The position numbers and the translations under genes are program-made. Below the pieces are notes generated by a model. That model had not been told where the DNA came from, made no database searches, and saw only the letters and a list, made by a program, of their open reading frames with translations. From Candidatus Microgenomates bacterium (GTDB lineage Bacteria > Patescibacteriota > Microgenomatia > JACQLA01): a stretch of DNA of 64,000 bases. Positions within the stretch are counted from its first letter, which is position 1; every line of letters starts with the position of its first letter. Positions 9,547 through 16,530 of the stretch are shown here, piece after piece. The stretch is taken from the NCBI GenBank assembly GCA_016204255.1, contig JACQLA010000003.1, forward strand, positions 106,255 through 170,254. The letters run 5' to 3'.

Positions 9547-9657
9547 GTGCGAATTCATTTTACAAAATTTGGCCCTCCTTTGCAATTTCCTCATTGACAA
9601 AAAGCCAGGCAGGATTTTATGATTGTTTCCGCGTCGAAAGACGTTTTTTAATTTCCC

Positions 9658-10128
9658 ATGGAAAAACTTAGAACTTACACACCAGAAATTATAAGCCCTG
9701 CAGTAGTGGAAGAGTTTAAAGATTTTATCAATATTCTTTATCGCGCAACCTCTCATCCTGATAATCCGCGAGTTAAGGGGTTTAAAGACGGCTCCAACTG
9801 CCAACGTTTTGCAGTTGACGTTTTACGGGGTTGCGGTTTTACGATTCCTCATTTACGCTCTTTAGAACTCTGGCAAGATAATCCATATACATATTTGGCG
9901 GATCAGCCGGAAAAATATGATTTGGTTTTCTTCACGCCAGACTGGGAAACCGATATGCGATTTGCCCATGTTGGTGTGATAGCCGAAGTAAATAACGAAG
10001 GTAACTTTTGGGTAATTCATAATTCAAAAGAGGTGGGACGATCAAAAATCTGGTCCCTTAATCGTTTTGCGCAAACCGACCGCTATCGGGTTTTAAGAGG
10101 AATAAAGCGACCAGCTAGACTCGGTTAA
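9658..10128 (+). CDS. NlpC/P60-family (papain-like) hydrolase, cytoplasmic
   Basis: 156 aa. Order Cys (GSNCQRFA), then YDLVFF...FAHVGVIAEV, then WVIHNS, matching the C...H...H pattern and GDLVFF/HVGIY/IHA context of NlpC/P60. Confidence 0.65.
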   Translation: MEKLRTYTPEIISPAVVEEFKDFINILYRATSHPDNPRVKGFKDGSNCQRFAVDVLRGCGFTIPHLRSLELWQDNPYTYLADQPEKYDLVFFTPDWETDMRFAHVGVIAEVNNEGNFWVIHNSKEVGRSKIWSLNRFAQTDRYRVLRGIKRPARLG

Positions 10129-10178
10129 CTACTGAGGAATTTCAACCTTTATCGAATTCTTGCAAACAACGGCAATAT

Positions 10179-10313
10179 GAAGGCGGAGACGCCGGCTGCG
10201 CCTGATGGGGGAGAGGGCTAATCCGCCAGCAACCTCGCAGGAAGGTGTCGTGCTAACCAGCCAGGAACCCTGCGGTGGTAAGGGCCACGAGAAAACGTAG
10301 GTCGCGGAAGGAG
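10179..10313. ncRNA. Candidate structured RNA of unknown class (GC-rich island between convergent genes)
   Basis: No ORF. By hand count 87 of 135 nt are G+C, in an AT-rich genome. Local helices: GGCG-GAGA-CGCC (10182-10193), CGCAGG (10236-10241) with CCUGCG (10269-10274), GUGG-UAAGGG-CCAC (10275-10288). Strand and class undetermined. Confidence 0.3.
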
Positions 10314-10340
10314 TTTATTCAATTCACCACCAGCATTCGA

Positions 10341-11783
10341 CTAGAGCGCGTCTCTGATAACTTCAGTCGAAGTGGGCATCGGGGTTTGCCGCGCCTGGTC
10401 TTTGAGTTTCTTATACTCTTCCTCGCTGATGGCGTGTCCGTTTGGCGGTGAAGTCTTATAAGAATTTAATGTTTGAGAATTAACACAAGTTCGTCCTTTT
10501 GTTTCAAAATTTATACAAAGTTGATAATCTTTCCCATCCGGCTGAAGAATATATTGATAAGGAAATTTTGTTTTGGGATCGGTTGGTACAGTTTTTAAAT
10601 ATTGAGGCGCTAGTTGACTAAGGCTGGGAGGATAGTAACCGGTTGCCAAAAAATACTGATTAAGTGCCTGTTGAATCTGTATCTGGTTTACTATTCGTAC
10701 CGGATCATTTTGGGTTTTATTAATTTGTTTTGCGGGATTAAGAGCGACAGAGATTATAGCAGCAACGATACTTAAAGGAATAATTAAAAATCCGAAAATT
10801 CCGGCCAGGATTAGAATTAACTTTGTCTTTCCCGCAATAACAGCCATTTCGCCTTTAATTGATTTCGTATGCTTATAGAGAAGGAGCAAATAAACAGAGG
10901 TTAACGGCCCAATAAAGAGATTTGTAAACAAATTTAGAAAAGGGAATATAATCGCCGCAATTATGTAAAACAGACCATTAAATAGTCCAAGAACAAAAAG
11001 CCTCCAGAGAACCGGCCACCATTTCCCCCGGACATATTCACGGCTTTTTAAAAGGGCACCCAAACCACCAGTGTTTTCCAAAACCAGTAAATATCGGGAA
11101 AAAGTAAACCAGACGGAAAAAATTATTCCGGGAATAATAAAAAATATAAATCCTCCCATGACAATCAACCCGGATAAAAGGGACAATAAAAATAGCGGAA
11201 TTATTTTGGATCGACCCTTTTGATAAGAATCTTTTACGCCAATTTTTTCCCCGGCGCCATTGATGGCAAAAATCAGAGCCGCCTCACTCCAAAACTGAAC
11301 AGCTATTGTCGCGATAATTATTATTACTGTTAGAGGAATCAGAAAGAAGAGTAATCCGGGGGAAAGAAAATTGGGTAATACGTTTACGGCAGCATTTGGT
11401 AAATTTGATTCCAATGAAGTCTTTTGAAAGAAAACGCCAGAACTAATTCCCAGGCCGGCTATCAAACCCCAAATTAAAAGTTGAGCTAGTGTTGGAATTA
11501 AAACAATAACCAAAAACGTGCGCCAACTTTTTTTATAAATTTCCCATGCTTCTTTCAAAAGAGCAATTGGGCCGGGAAGCTTACCATCGACAGTTGATGA
11601 AACAGTATTTGATGGCGGTGGAGAAGGAGGTGGTTGATCCGATGACGAAATTTTCTCTTTAAAGGCCTCCTCAATATCCTGCTCCTTCCAGCCGGCAGCA
11701 ACGAGGTTATTTTTTATCTCCTCGTCGGTTTTTCCTTTTTGCAGCTGATCTTTAATGTAATTTGTTAACTGCCGATCTGGCAT
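10341..11783 (-). CDS. Polytopic membrane protein with C-terminal pilin-like (GspG/PilE-like) domain
   Basis: 480 aa. Soluble N-terminal helix, Pro-rich linker, about 8 TM helices. The C-terminal 100 aa (IQQALNQYFLATGYYPPSLSQLAPQYLKTVPTDPKT...YQL) follows the pattern of type IV pilin / T2SS pseudopilin globular domains. Confidence 0.6.
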   Translation of the reverse strand: MPDRQLTNYIKDQLQKGKTDEEIKNNLVAAGWKEQDIEEAFKEKISSSDQPPPSPPPSNTVSSTVDGKLPGPIALLKEAWEIYKKSWRTFLVIVLIPTLAQLLIWGLIAGLGISSGVFFQKTSLESNLPNAAVNVLPNFLSPGLLFFLIPLTVIIIIATIAVQFWSEAALIFAINGAGEKIGVKDSYQKGRSKIIPLFLLSLLSGLIVMGGFIFFIIPGIIFSVWFTFSRYLLVLENTGGLGALLKSREYVRGKWWPVLWRLFVLGLFNGLFYIIAAIIFPFLNLFTNLFIGPLTSVYLLLLYKHTKSIKGEMAVIAGKTKLILILAGIFGFLIIPLSIVAAIISVALNPAKQINKTQNDPVRIVNQIQIQQALNQYFLATGYYPPSLSQLAPQYLKTVPTDPKTKFPYQYILQPDGKDYQLCINFETKGRTCVNSQTLNSYKTSPPNGHAISEEEYKKLKDQARQTPMPTSTEVIRDAL

Positions 11784-11889
11784 TTTGATAAAATTTATTT
11801 AAAAAGCGTTAACTCAAGCTTATGTAAACCTATAAGAAAAGTCAAGTAGTGCTCGTGTGTATTTTGACAGGGCGAAGTATAATAACCAA

Positions 11890-12450
11890 ATGTCTGAAAA
11901 ACATTCCAAAATACCCATTATTTTTGATATCAAAAACTTTCTGAGTAAACCTCCAGGCCAACTAGCCGAGGTCGGCCAACTTCCTCGTATGCCGGATATT
12001 GATCTAATACGATGGTTGCCTACGTTAAATTACGATGCTGGACTGGTCCTTCAAGACTCAACGTGGTATGTTATTCGGGCAAGCACCATGGGTCTACCAC
12101 GCTGGCAAATGCCTCATAACTCGGAGATTTTACTTCATTCTCATCCTTATGACGGAGAAGACGAACAAAACGATGGGGGATCGATTCCGAGTATTAGCGA
12201 CTATCTTAATTGTTCCCCAACAGCAAAAAACCTAATCGTTTCTCATAGAGGAGTAACGCAATATTGGCGCGTTATCCCGGAGAAGCATCATCTTCTTGAA
12301 ATTGAAATTCACAGAACAAACTTCAGATTTGGCAAAGGTTCAAAAACCGAATACCTAAAATTTCTGGATGAAATTGGCGCAAAATTTACTGTTTATCCTT
12401 GGGAAGAGATTGATGAGGAAAAATTATCCCGGTTACTAAACACGCGTTAG
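11890..12450 (+). CDS. Hypothetical protein with a loose JAB/MPN-like His-x-His...Ser-x-x-Asp motif
   Basis: Track ORF starts at GTG 11857. ATG 11890 (MSEKHSK) is more likely. LLHSHPY...SIPSISDY resembles a JAMM motif but with atypical spacing. Confidence 0.45.
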   Translation: MSEKHSKIPIIFDIKNFLSKPPGQLAEVGQLPRMPDIDLIRWLPTLNYDAGLVLQDSTWYVIRASTMGLPRWQMPHNSEILLHSHPYDGEDEQNDGGSIPSISDYLNCSPTAKNLIVSHRGVTQYWRVIPEKHHLLEIEIHRTNFRFGKGSKTEYLKFLDEIGAKFTVYPWEEIDEEKLSRLLNTR

Positions 12451-12531
12451 AAAGAAAAAATTAAGCCATGACGCTAGTAACGGGGAAATAATTATCTAAG
12501 ACATCAATTTTGCTAATTATCATCTAAGCTC

Positions 12532-13242
12532 TTATTTTAGTAATCTTACGGCTGTAATTTGTTGTTCTATTTCAGACCAGTCAAAGTTGTCGAAAGCTAA
12601 TACTAATGCTTCAGTTGTAGATATAGGACAATATCCCCAAGCCACGGGATAATCGGATATACTAATACCATTAATAACTAAACATTTCCACCCATTGTAA
12701 GAATATTCGCGCTCAGAATAATCTTTAGTTGTAGAACCCGTAGAAATTGGATTTTCGCCCAGGATTTTATAAAGTTCATTATGCCTGGAACCTCCAGCAT
12801 AAGCTGTCAAATAGAAATTTTTATTCCATCCTAATCGACTTGATTTACCGTCGCGATTAATCCATTTTCCCGATAAATCAATCACTTTTTCCTCACCTTT
12901 TGCATCGTATCTACTTGCATCGTATCCTACTTCAAGTCGGCCGGTGGTATCTATTACTGTTTTCCAATCCGAGGGAAGACGATAAATAAGATTTTTTGAT
13001 GATTTAGTGGTAGAGGTTGTTGAAGGTGATGGGGATACAGTTGTATTTCGAGCGGAAGAGGTTTCTTTTGTAGTAGTCGTTTGTGGTACCTGCTTAAATC
13101 CCGGATTCGATATATTTGAACTTTTTGACTGTGTTCCTAAATAATATACGCCCCCAAAAACAAGAACCAAAATCGTTATTCCAAGTGCTATTAGAAAGTT
13201 GCCTCGTTGATTAAGTGAGTTTTTTGTTTTTTTAAATGCCAT
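12532..13242 (-). CDS. Membrane-anchored or secreted hypothetical protein
   Basis: 236 aa. N-terminal TM (FLIALGITILVLVFGGVYYL), Ser/Thr-rich linker, globular C-terminal domain. No family recognised. Confidence 0.55.
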   Translation of the reverse strand: MAFKKTKNSLNQRGNFLIALGITILVLVFGGVYYLGTQSKSSNISNPGFKQVPQTTTTKETSSARNTTVSPSPSTTSTTKSSKNLIYRLPSDWKTVIDTTGRLEVGYDASRYDAKGEEKVIDLSGKWINRDGKSSRLGWNKNFYLTAYAGGSRHNELYKILGENPISTGSTTKDYSEREYSYNGWKCLVINGISISDYPVAWGYCPISTTEALVLAFDNFDWSEIEQQITAVRLLK

Positions 13243-13315
13243 ATTCTCATTATTTCAGAAAAATTACTTATATGCAAATATTGTCATTTTCTGCACATTC
13301 TGGTTTACCACCATA

Positions 13316-13389
13316 TGGAGCGGGATACGGGAGTCGAACCCGTCTCTCCACCTTGGAAGGGTGGCATTGAACCGCTCAACTAATCCCGC
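13316..13389 (-). tRNA. tRNA-Gly (TCC), CCA encoded
   Basis: Cloverleaf: acceptor GCGGGAU/AUCCCGC, anticodon arm CCACC-CUUCCAA-GGUGG, T arm ACGGG-UUCGACU-CCCGU, 3' UCCA. Confidence 0.9.
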
Positions 13390-13464
13390 TTCGTCGCTTC
13401 GCTCCTCAGCGCAAGCGCCAGAATATTTTAACTTAAGTTGGGAATAAAAACAAATGAAGCAAAG

Positions 13465-13914
13465 CTAAAAGCCAACGATAGTATCGCCGATTTGAATTCC
13501 TGAGGAATCGGCAACTCCGGCATTAACCTCCAGCACCTTATCAACCACTGCTTTTGGAGAAACCAATGGCGGTTGGCCGCTATCTTGAGGGTAGGGAACA
13601 TTTTTTGTAATATCTACCACTTGACTGCCATTAATCCAGATGAAATCCAGCGGAAACTTCATGTCCTTCATCCAAAAACTGTATGCGGATTTTTGCGGAA
13701 AAACAAAAAGCATTCCTTCGTTTTGGCCAAGTGAGGGGCGACCAGATAAACCTTTTACTTTTTTTTCAGTCGTATCGGCAATTTCAACCGTTATTTTTGC
13801 TTTACCCATGGTAATAACTTTTTTTCCTTGAATCTGGAGTTGAAATTGCACAATCAAACCCGCAAGCGTAAGTGCGATGAAAATAAGAACAGGTAAAAAT
13901 AGTTTATTTTTCAT
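13465..13914 (-). CDS. DUF192-family protein
   Basis: 149 aa. Signal anchor, then GLSGRPSLGQNEGMLFVFPQKSAYSFWMKDMKFPLDFIWI, typical of DUF192/COG1430. Confidence 0.8.
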   Translation of the reverse strand: MKNKLFLPVLIFIALTLAGLIVQFQLQIQGKKVITMGKAKITVEIADTTEKKVKGLSGRPSLGQNEGMLFVFPQKSAYSFWMKDMKFPLDFIWINGSQVVDITKNVPYPQDSGQPPLVSPKAVVDKVLEVNAGVADSSGIQIGDTIVGF

Positions 13915-13917
13915 AAG

Positions 13918-14898
13918 TTATTTAGCAGTATAAGGAAAAATTAAGGTTGCATTACTATAACTTGTAATTACCTCTTTATTGGAGGGAGTAAGATTGTTTA
14001 AATCTCCCGCTTCAACTTTTACGATGTAAGGATATTTAACCCCCGGTGTTGTTGTTGCCCAACCGGTATCCGTTGAGTTAACAGAGTTAGGAAACAAATC
14101 CCATCCACCACTTTCATTTTGTTGATAGAATTTAAATGGCGCGAGGAATAATGCCTTTTCATTCTTATCATCATAGTTAAAATTACTGTCTTTATTAGCA
14201 TCTTCAAAGGCAAAAACCGAAATATGAAAATTCATTTCTTGTCTTTTTTCAAAACCAACCACAGCAAAATTATTTTTTTCTGAAACAATGATTGGTTTTG
14301 TAGTAGGGTAATAATCCTTAGTTGGCATTGGATTAATTACCAACTGATGGGGTTCACTGACCTGAATTAGGGCGGAAGCCCAACCTGATTCAGTTGAGTT
14401 AATTTTATTAAGAGGTGTGCTGGAAAAAGGGGAGTCATAAATATTTACTGGCATAAATCCTAAAGCATTATCATCCGGCTCGCGAACTCCATTCCCATTG
14501 TGATCTTCAAATGCAAATATCTGAACGGGGATACTCTTTTTACCAGTAGTCTCACCCAATACCTGAGCTTTTACCGATTTAACGATCAAATCAAACGGTA
14601 TACCGCTTTTCAATGTCAGAAATATTGAACCACCTTTGTCTGCTGGTTTGGTGGGCGGACTGGTGGGAGTAGTTGAGGGTTTTTTTGTAATTTGTGGCGG
14701 ATTTTGCGGAATTGACTGACTTTTTCCCAAGATAAAATAATAAGCGCCCGTGCCCGCCGTGATAGAAAAAATTAAAAGGACTGCAATAATTATAATCTTT
14801 TTAAAAGAGCTGGATTGTTTTACTGGAACAATAGGTTGCTCAAGAGGGGAAGATGATTGCAGAGGTTGGGCTTGCTGATTTGTATTTTCTATTTCCAT
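13918..14898 (-). CDS. Membrane-anchored secreted protein with two SdrD-B/Cna-B-like repeats
   Basis: Track ORF extends to 14976 but its first 26 codons overlap a tRNA-like 3' half. ATG 14898 (MEIENTNQQ) is preferred. TM anchor, Pro/Thr linker, duplicated FAFEDxNxxxxxxxDD modules. Confidence 0.6.
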   Translation of the reverse strand: MEIENTNQQAQPLQSSSPLEQPIVPVKQSSSFKKIIIIAVLLIFSITAGTGAYYFILGKSQSIPQNPPQITKKPSTTPTSPPTKPADKGGSIFLTLKSGIPFDLIVKSVKAQVLGETTGKKSIPVQIFAFEDHNGNGVREPDDNALGFMPVNIYDSPFSSTPLNKINSTESGWASALIQVSEPHQLVINPMPTKDYYPTTKPIIVSEKNNFAVVGFEKRQEMNFHISVFAFEDANKDSNFNYDDKNEKALFLAPFKFYQQNESGGWDLFPNSVNSTDTGWATTTPGVKYPYIVKVEAGDLNNLTPSNKEVITSYSNATLIFPYTAK

Positions 14899-14951
14899 AC
14901 TATTTATTATTACAAGGAAAAAATACAAATGCAAGAGGAACCAGAAATCAG

Positions 14952-14986
14952 TCGGGGTGGCGGGAATTGAACCCACTGCTTCTCGG
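14952..14986 (-). other. 3' half of split tRNA-like gene X (anticodon-stem 3' strand, variable loop, T arm, acceptor 3' strand, A73)
   Basis: Reads CCGAG-AAGCA-GUGGG-UUCAAUU-CCCGC-CACCCCG-A. Pairs 5/5 and 7/7 with the 5' half at 15129-15158. Confidence 0.55.
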
Positions 14987-15040
14987 TCACTAAAAATTGC
15001 GAGTCAACTTTCAGTGTAAACCTTCACCCAGAAAAATCTG

Positions 15041-15113
15041 TCGGGGATACCCGATTTGAACGGGTGGCCTCTCGCTCCCAAAGCGAGCGCTCTAGCCGCT
15101 GAGCTAATCCCCG
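15041..15113 (-). tRNA. tRNA-Pro (TGG)
   Basis: Cloverleaf: CGGGGAU-UA-GCUC-AGCGGCUA-GAGC-G-CUCGC-UUUGGGA-GCGAG-AGGCC-ACCCG-UUCAAAU-CGGGU-AUCCCCG-A (73 nt). Confidence 0.9.
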
Positions 15114-15128
15114 ATTTTTAAGGGCAAA

Positions 15129-15158
15129 CCGAGCGTTCTACCGATGAACTACACCCCG
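15129..15158 (-). other. 5' half of split tRNA-like gene X (acceptor 5' strand, D arm, anticodon-stem 5' strand)
   Basis: Reads CGGGGUG-UA-GUUC-AUCGGUA-GAAC-G-CUCGG. U8, GG in the D loop and a 4-bp D stem are all canonical. Confidence 0.55.
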
Positions 15159-15195
15159 CCGACTGCCAAGGAATTTGACGCTCAGCTACTTTTTG

Positions 15196-15280
15196 TGCCG
15201 GGGGCGGGACTCGAACCCGCACGACTTATGCAGCCAAAAGATTTTAAGTCTTTCGTGTATACCGATTTCACCACCCCGGC
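15196..15280 (-). tRNA. tRNA-Leu (TAA), class II
   Basis: GCCGGGG-UG-GUG-AAAUCGGUAUA-CAC-G-AAAGA-CUUAAAA-UCUUU, long variable arm, GCGGG-UUCGAGU-CCCGC-CCCCGGC-A. Confidence 0.9.
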
Positions 15281-15354
15281 AAAAAATAATCCCTCGTGCC
15301 TGCCTTGTCGAAGCCTCCGGCGAAGGCAGGTCTACCAGTTCCACCACCGCGGCG
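15281..15354 (-). other. tRNA-Leu-like 5' fragment Z (acceptor/D-arm-like start, 8-bp hairpin, no T arm)
   Basis: Reads GCCGCGGUGGUGGAACUGGUAGAC (Leu-type 5' end), then CCUGCCUU-CGCCGGAGGCUUCGAC-AAGGCAGG, then GCACGAGGGAUUAUUUUUU. No T arm or acceptor 3' strand follows. Confidence 0.4.
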
Positions 15355-15472
15355 CAAAAGATTTGACGCGATCCAGTTGATCGCTAGTTCGCCTTTGGCG
15401 AAGAAATCTTTCGTGCTTGCCCCGTTAATTGCAAAGCAATTTTACGGGGTATACCGATTTCACCACCCCGGC
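15355..15472 (-). pseudogene. 5' fragment Y of tRNA-Leu(TAA) (positions 1 to about 45) with hairpin insertions in the D loop and anticodon loop
   Basis: Identical to the intact gene over GCCGGGGUGGUGAAAUCGGUAUA, CACGAAAGA and AAAUCUUUUG. Interrupted by a 34-nt hairpin (15415-15448) and a 39-nt double hairpin (15365-15403). Lacks variable arm, T arm and acceptor 3' strand. Confidence 0.6.
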
Positions 15473-15511
15473 CCGCCTAGACCCGCGTCGACGCGAGGCT
15501 AACTACGCCCC
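15473..15511 (-). other. tRNA-like 5' start (GGGGCGUAGUU) fused to a GC-rich palindromic module
   Basis: Reads GGGGCGUAGUU-AGCCUCG-CGUCGACG-CGGGUCUAGGCGGGC. The module shares AGCCUCG...CUAGGCGGG with the insertion at 39813-39844. Confidence 0.3.
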
Positions 15512-15581
15512 TTCCACTCAAATCAGCAGTTTATAGTCTCATTTTACTAAAACCGGAGTATGCTTTCAACAGGAGAGGAAA

Positions 15582-16100
15582 CTACACGCGTGTGGTTTTA
15601 AAAAGAAGATCTTTGGCGTGCTCTTCAATATCAATAAAATCATCGGCCATTTCGCGCAGGTTTCTTGAGGCACTATGGCCAAAAGCCATTACTTCTACCA
15701 AACAACCTAGCGATTGCTGAAGATAATTGACCACCGGGACAAAATCCCCATCGCCACTAATCAAAACTATTGAATCGACTTTAAGACCTAAACGAATTGC
15801 GTCCATGCCAATCCCCAAATCCCAATCACCCTTTTTTGCTCCGCCAGGAAAAACCTGCAGATCCTTTTCCTTAATCTCAAATCCGGCTTCATTAACCGCC
15901 TCAAAAAAGGTTTTCTCTTTTTCCGAAATATCAGTTTTAATCACATAGGCAATAGCCCGCGTTAAAGTACGGTCAGAAACCGCCAATTTCAAAAGATTTT
16001 TAAAATTAATGCGGGAATTGTAAAGGTTTTTAGCCGAGTAATAAAGATTTTGCACATCCACCAAAACCGCTACTCTTTGATTTTTATTTCTTACTATCAT
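15582..16100 (-). CDS. NYN-domain (LabA-like, PIN-like fold) protein
   Basis: 172 aa. RVAVLVDVQNLYYS ... ISGDGDFVPVVNYLQ are the acidic motifs of NYN/LabA ribonuclease-like proteins. Confidence 0.8.
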   Translation of the reverse strand: MIVRNKNQRVAVLVDVQNLYYSAKNLYNSRINFKNLLKLAVSDRTLTRAIAYVIKTDISEKEKTFFEAVNEAGFEIKEKDLQVFPGGAKKGDWDLGIGMDAIRLGLKVDSIVLISGDGDFVPVVNYLQQSLGCLVEVMAFGHSASRNLREMADDFIDIEEHAKDLLFKTTRV

Positions 16101-16104
16101 ATTT

Positions 16105-16395
16105 TTACCTCATTGGAAATTTTTGTAATAATTGTTTGCAATAATCATAATCTGTGAATTTGCCGCTTTGCTGGCTTAGAATTTGCGAACAGCGCTGTCT
16201 TTCTTCGTTAAGCATTTTTATCTCGATTAAGTTTTGATTAGCCTGACGCAGTTTAGGGCTAATACTTTGAAAATAAAACCATCCACCCCCAAGCAAAACT
16301 GCAATGATCAAAAGCAGAAACAAAATAATTTTAGTTCTCCAGCTAAACCGGCTCTTTTTTTGTTTCTGACTAGGTTGCTGATCAAATTCTACCAT
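16105..16395 (-). CDS. Small single-pass membrane protein, hypothetical
   Basis: 96-aa ORF with one TM (IILFLLLIIAVLLGGGWFYF), 4 nt upstream of the NYN gene. Confidence 0.5.
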   Translation of the reverse strand: MVEFDQQPSQKQKKSRFSWRTKIILFLLLIIAVLLGGGWFYFQSISPKLRQANQNLIEIKMLNEERQRCSQILSQQSGKFTDYDYCKQLLQKFPMR

Positions 16396-16408
16396 ATGCT
16401 ACGAAGCT

Positions 16409-16465
16409 TGTCATTCTGAACGATGTGAAGAATCTCGAGATCCTTCGCTAAAGCTCAGGATGACA
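16409..16465. repeat. Inverted-repeat element, short member (TGTCATTCTGA...TCAGGATGACA)
   Basis: 57-bp near-perfect hairpin. Termini match the family listed in the findings. Confidence 0.75.
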
Positions 16466-16530
16466 AATTTATACTCTTTTATACTCTCATTATACTACGT
16501 GTGCGGATTTAATTTAATACTGTGGAGAAA

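Noticed and set aside
10161-10220. tmRNA-like tag frame GCA AAC AAC GGC AAT ATG AAG ... TAA (ANNGNMKAETPAAPDGGEG)
   Set aside because: There is no tRNA-like domain nearby (no GGGG 5' end and no T arm with acceptor 3' end), and the tag lacks the usual hydrophobic ALAA-type end.
10205-10275. Resemblance to cobalamin riboswitch elements (GGGAG...AAUCC, GCCAGGAACCCUGC)
   Set aside because: The B12 box (GCCACUG) is absent. No gene lies downstream on either strand, because the region sits between convergent genes. It is kept only as an unclassified RNA candidate.
15144-15502. Three ORFs from the track (15144-15380, 15175-15366, 15296-15502) across the GC-rich 15.0-15.5 kb region
   Set aside because: They lie on the strand opposite to, and entirely within, tRNA genes and tRNA-derived hairpin sequence. 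Their open frames come from GC-rich structured DNA. The same applies to 35499-35717, 36394-36669, 36704-36928 and 41329-41605, which run over tRNA genes.
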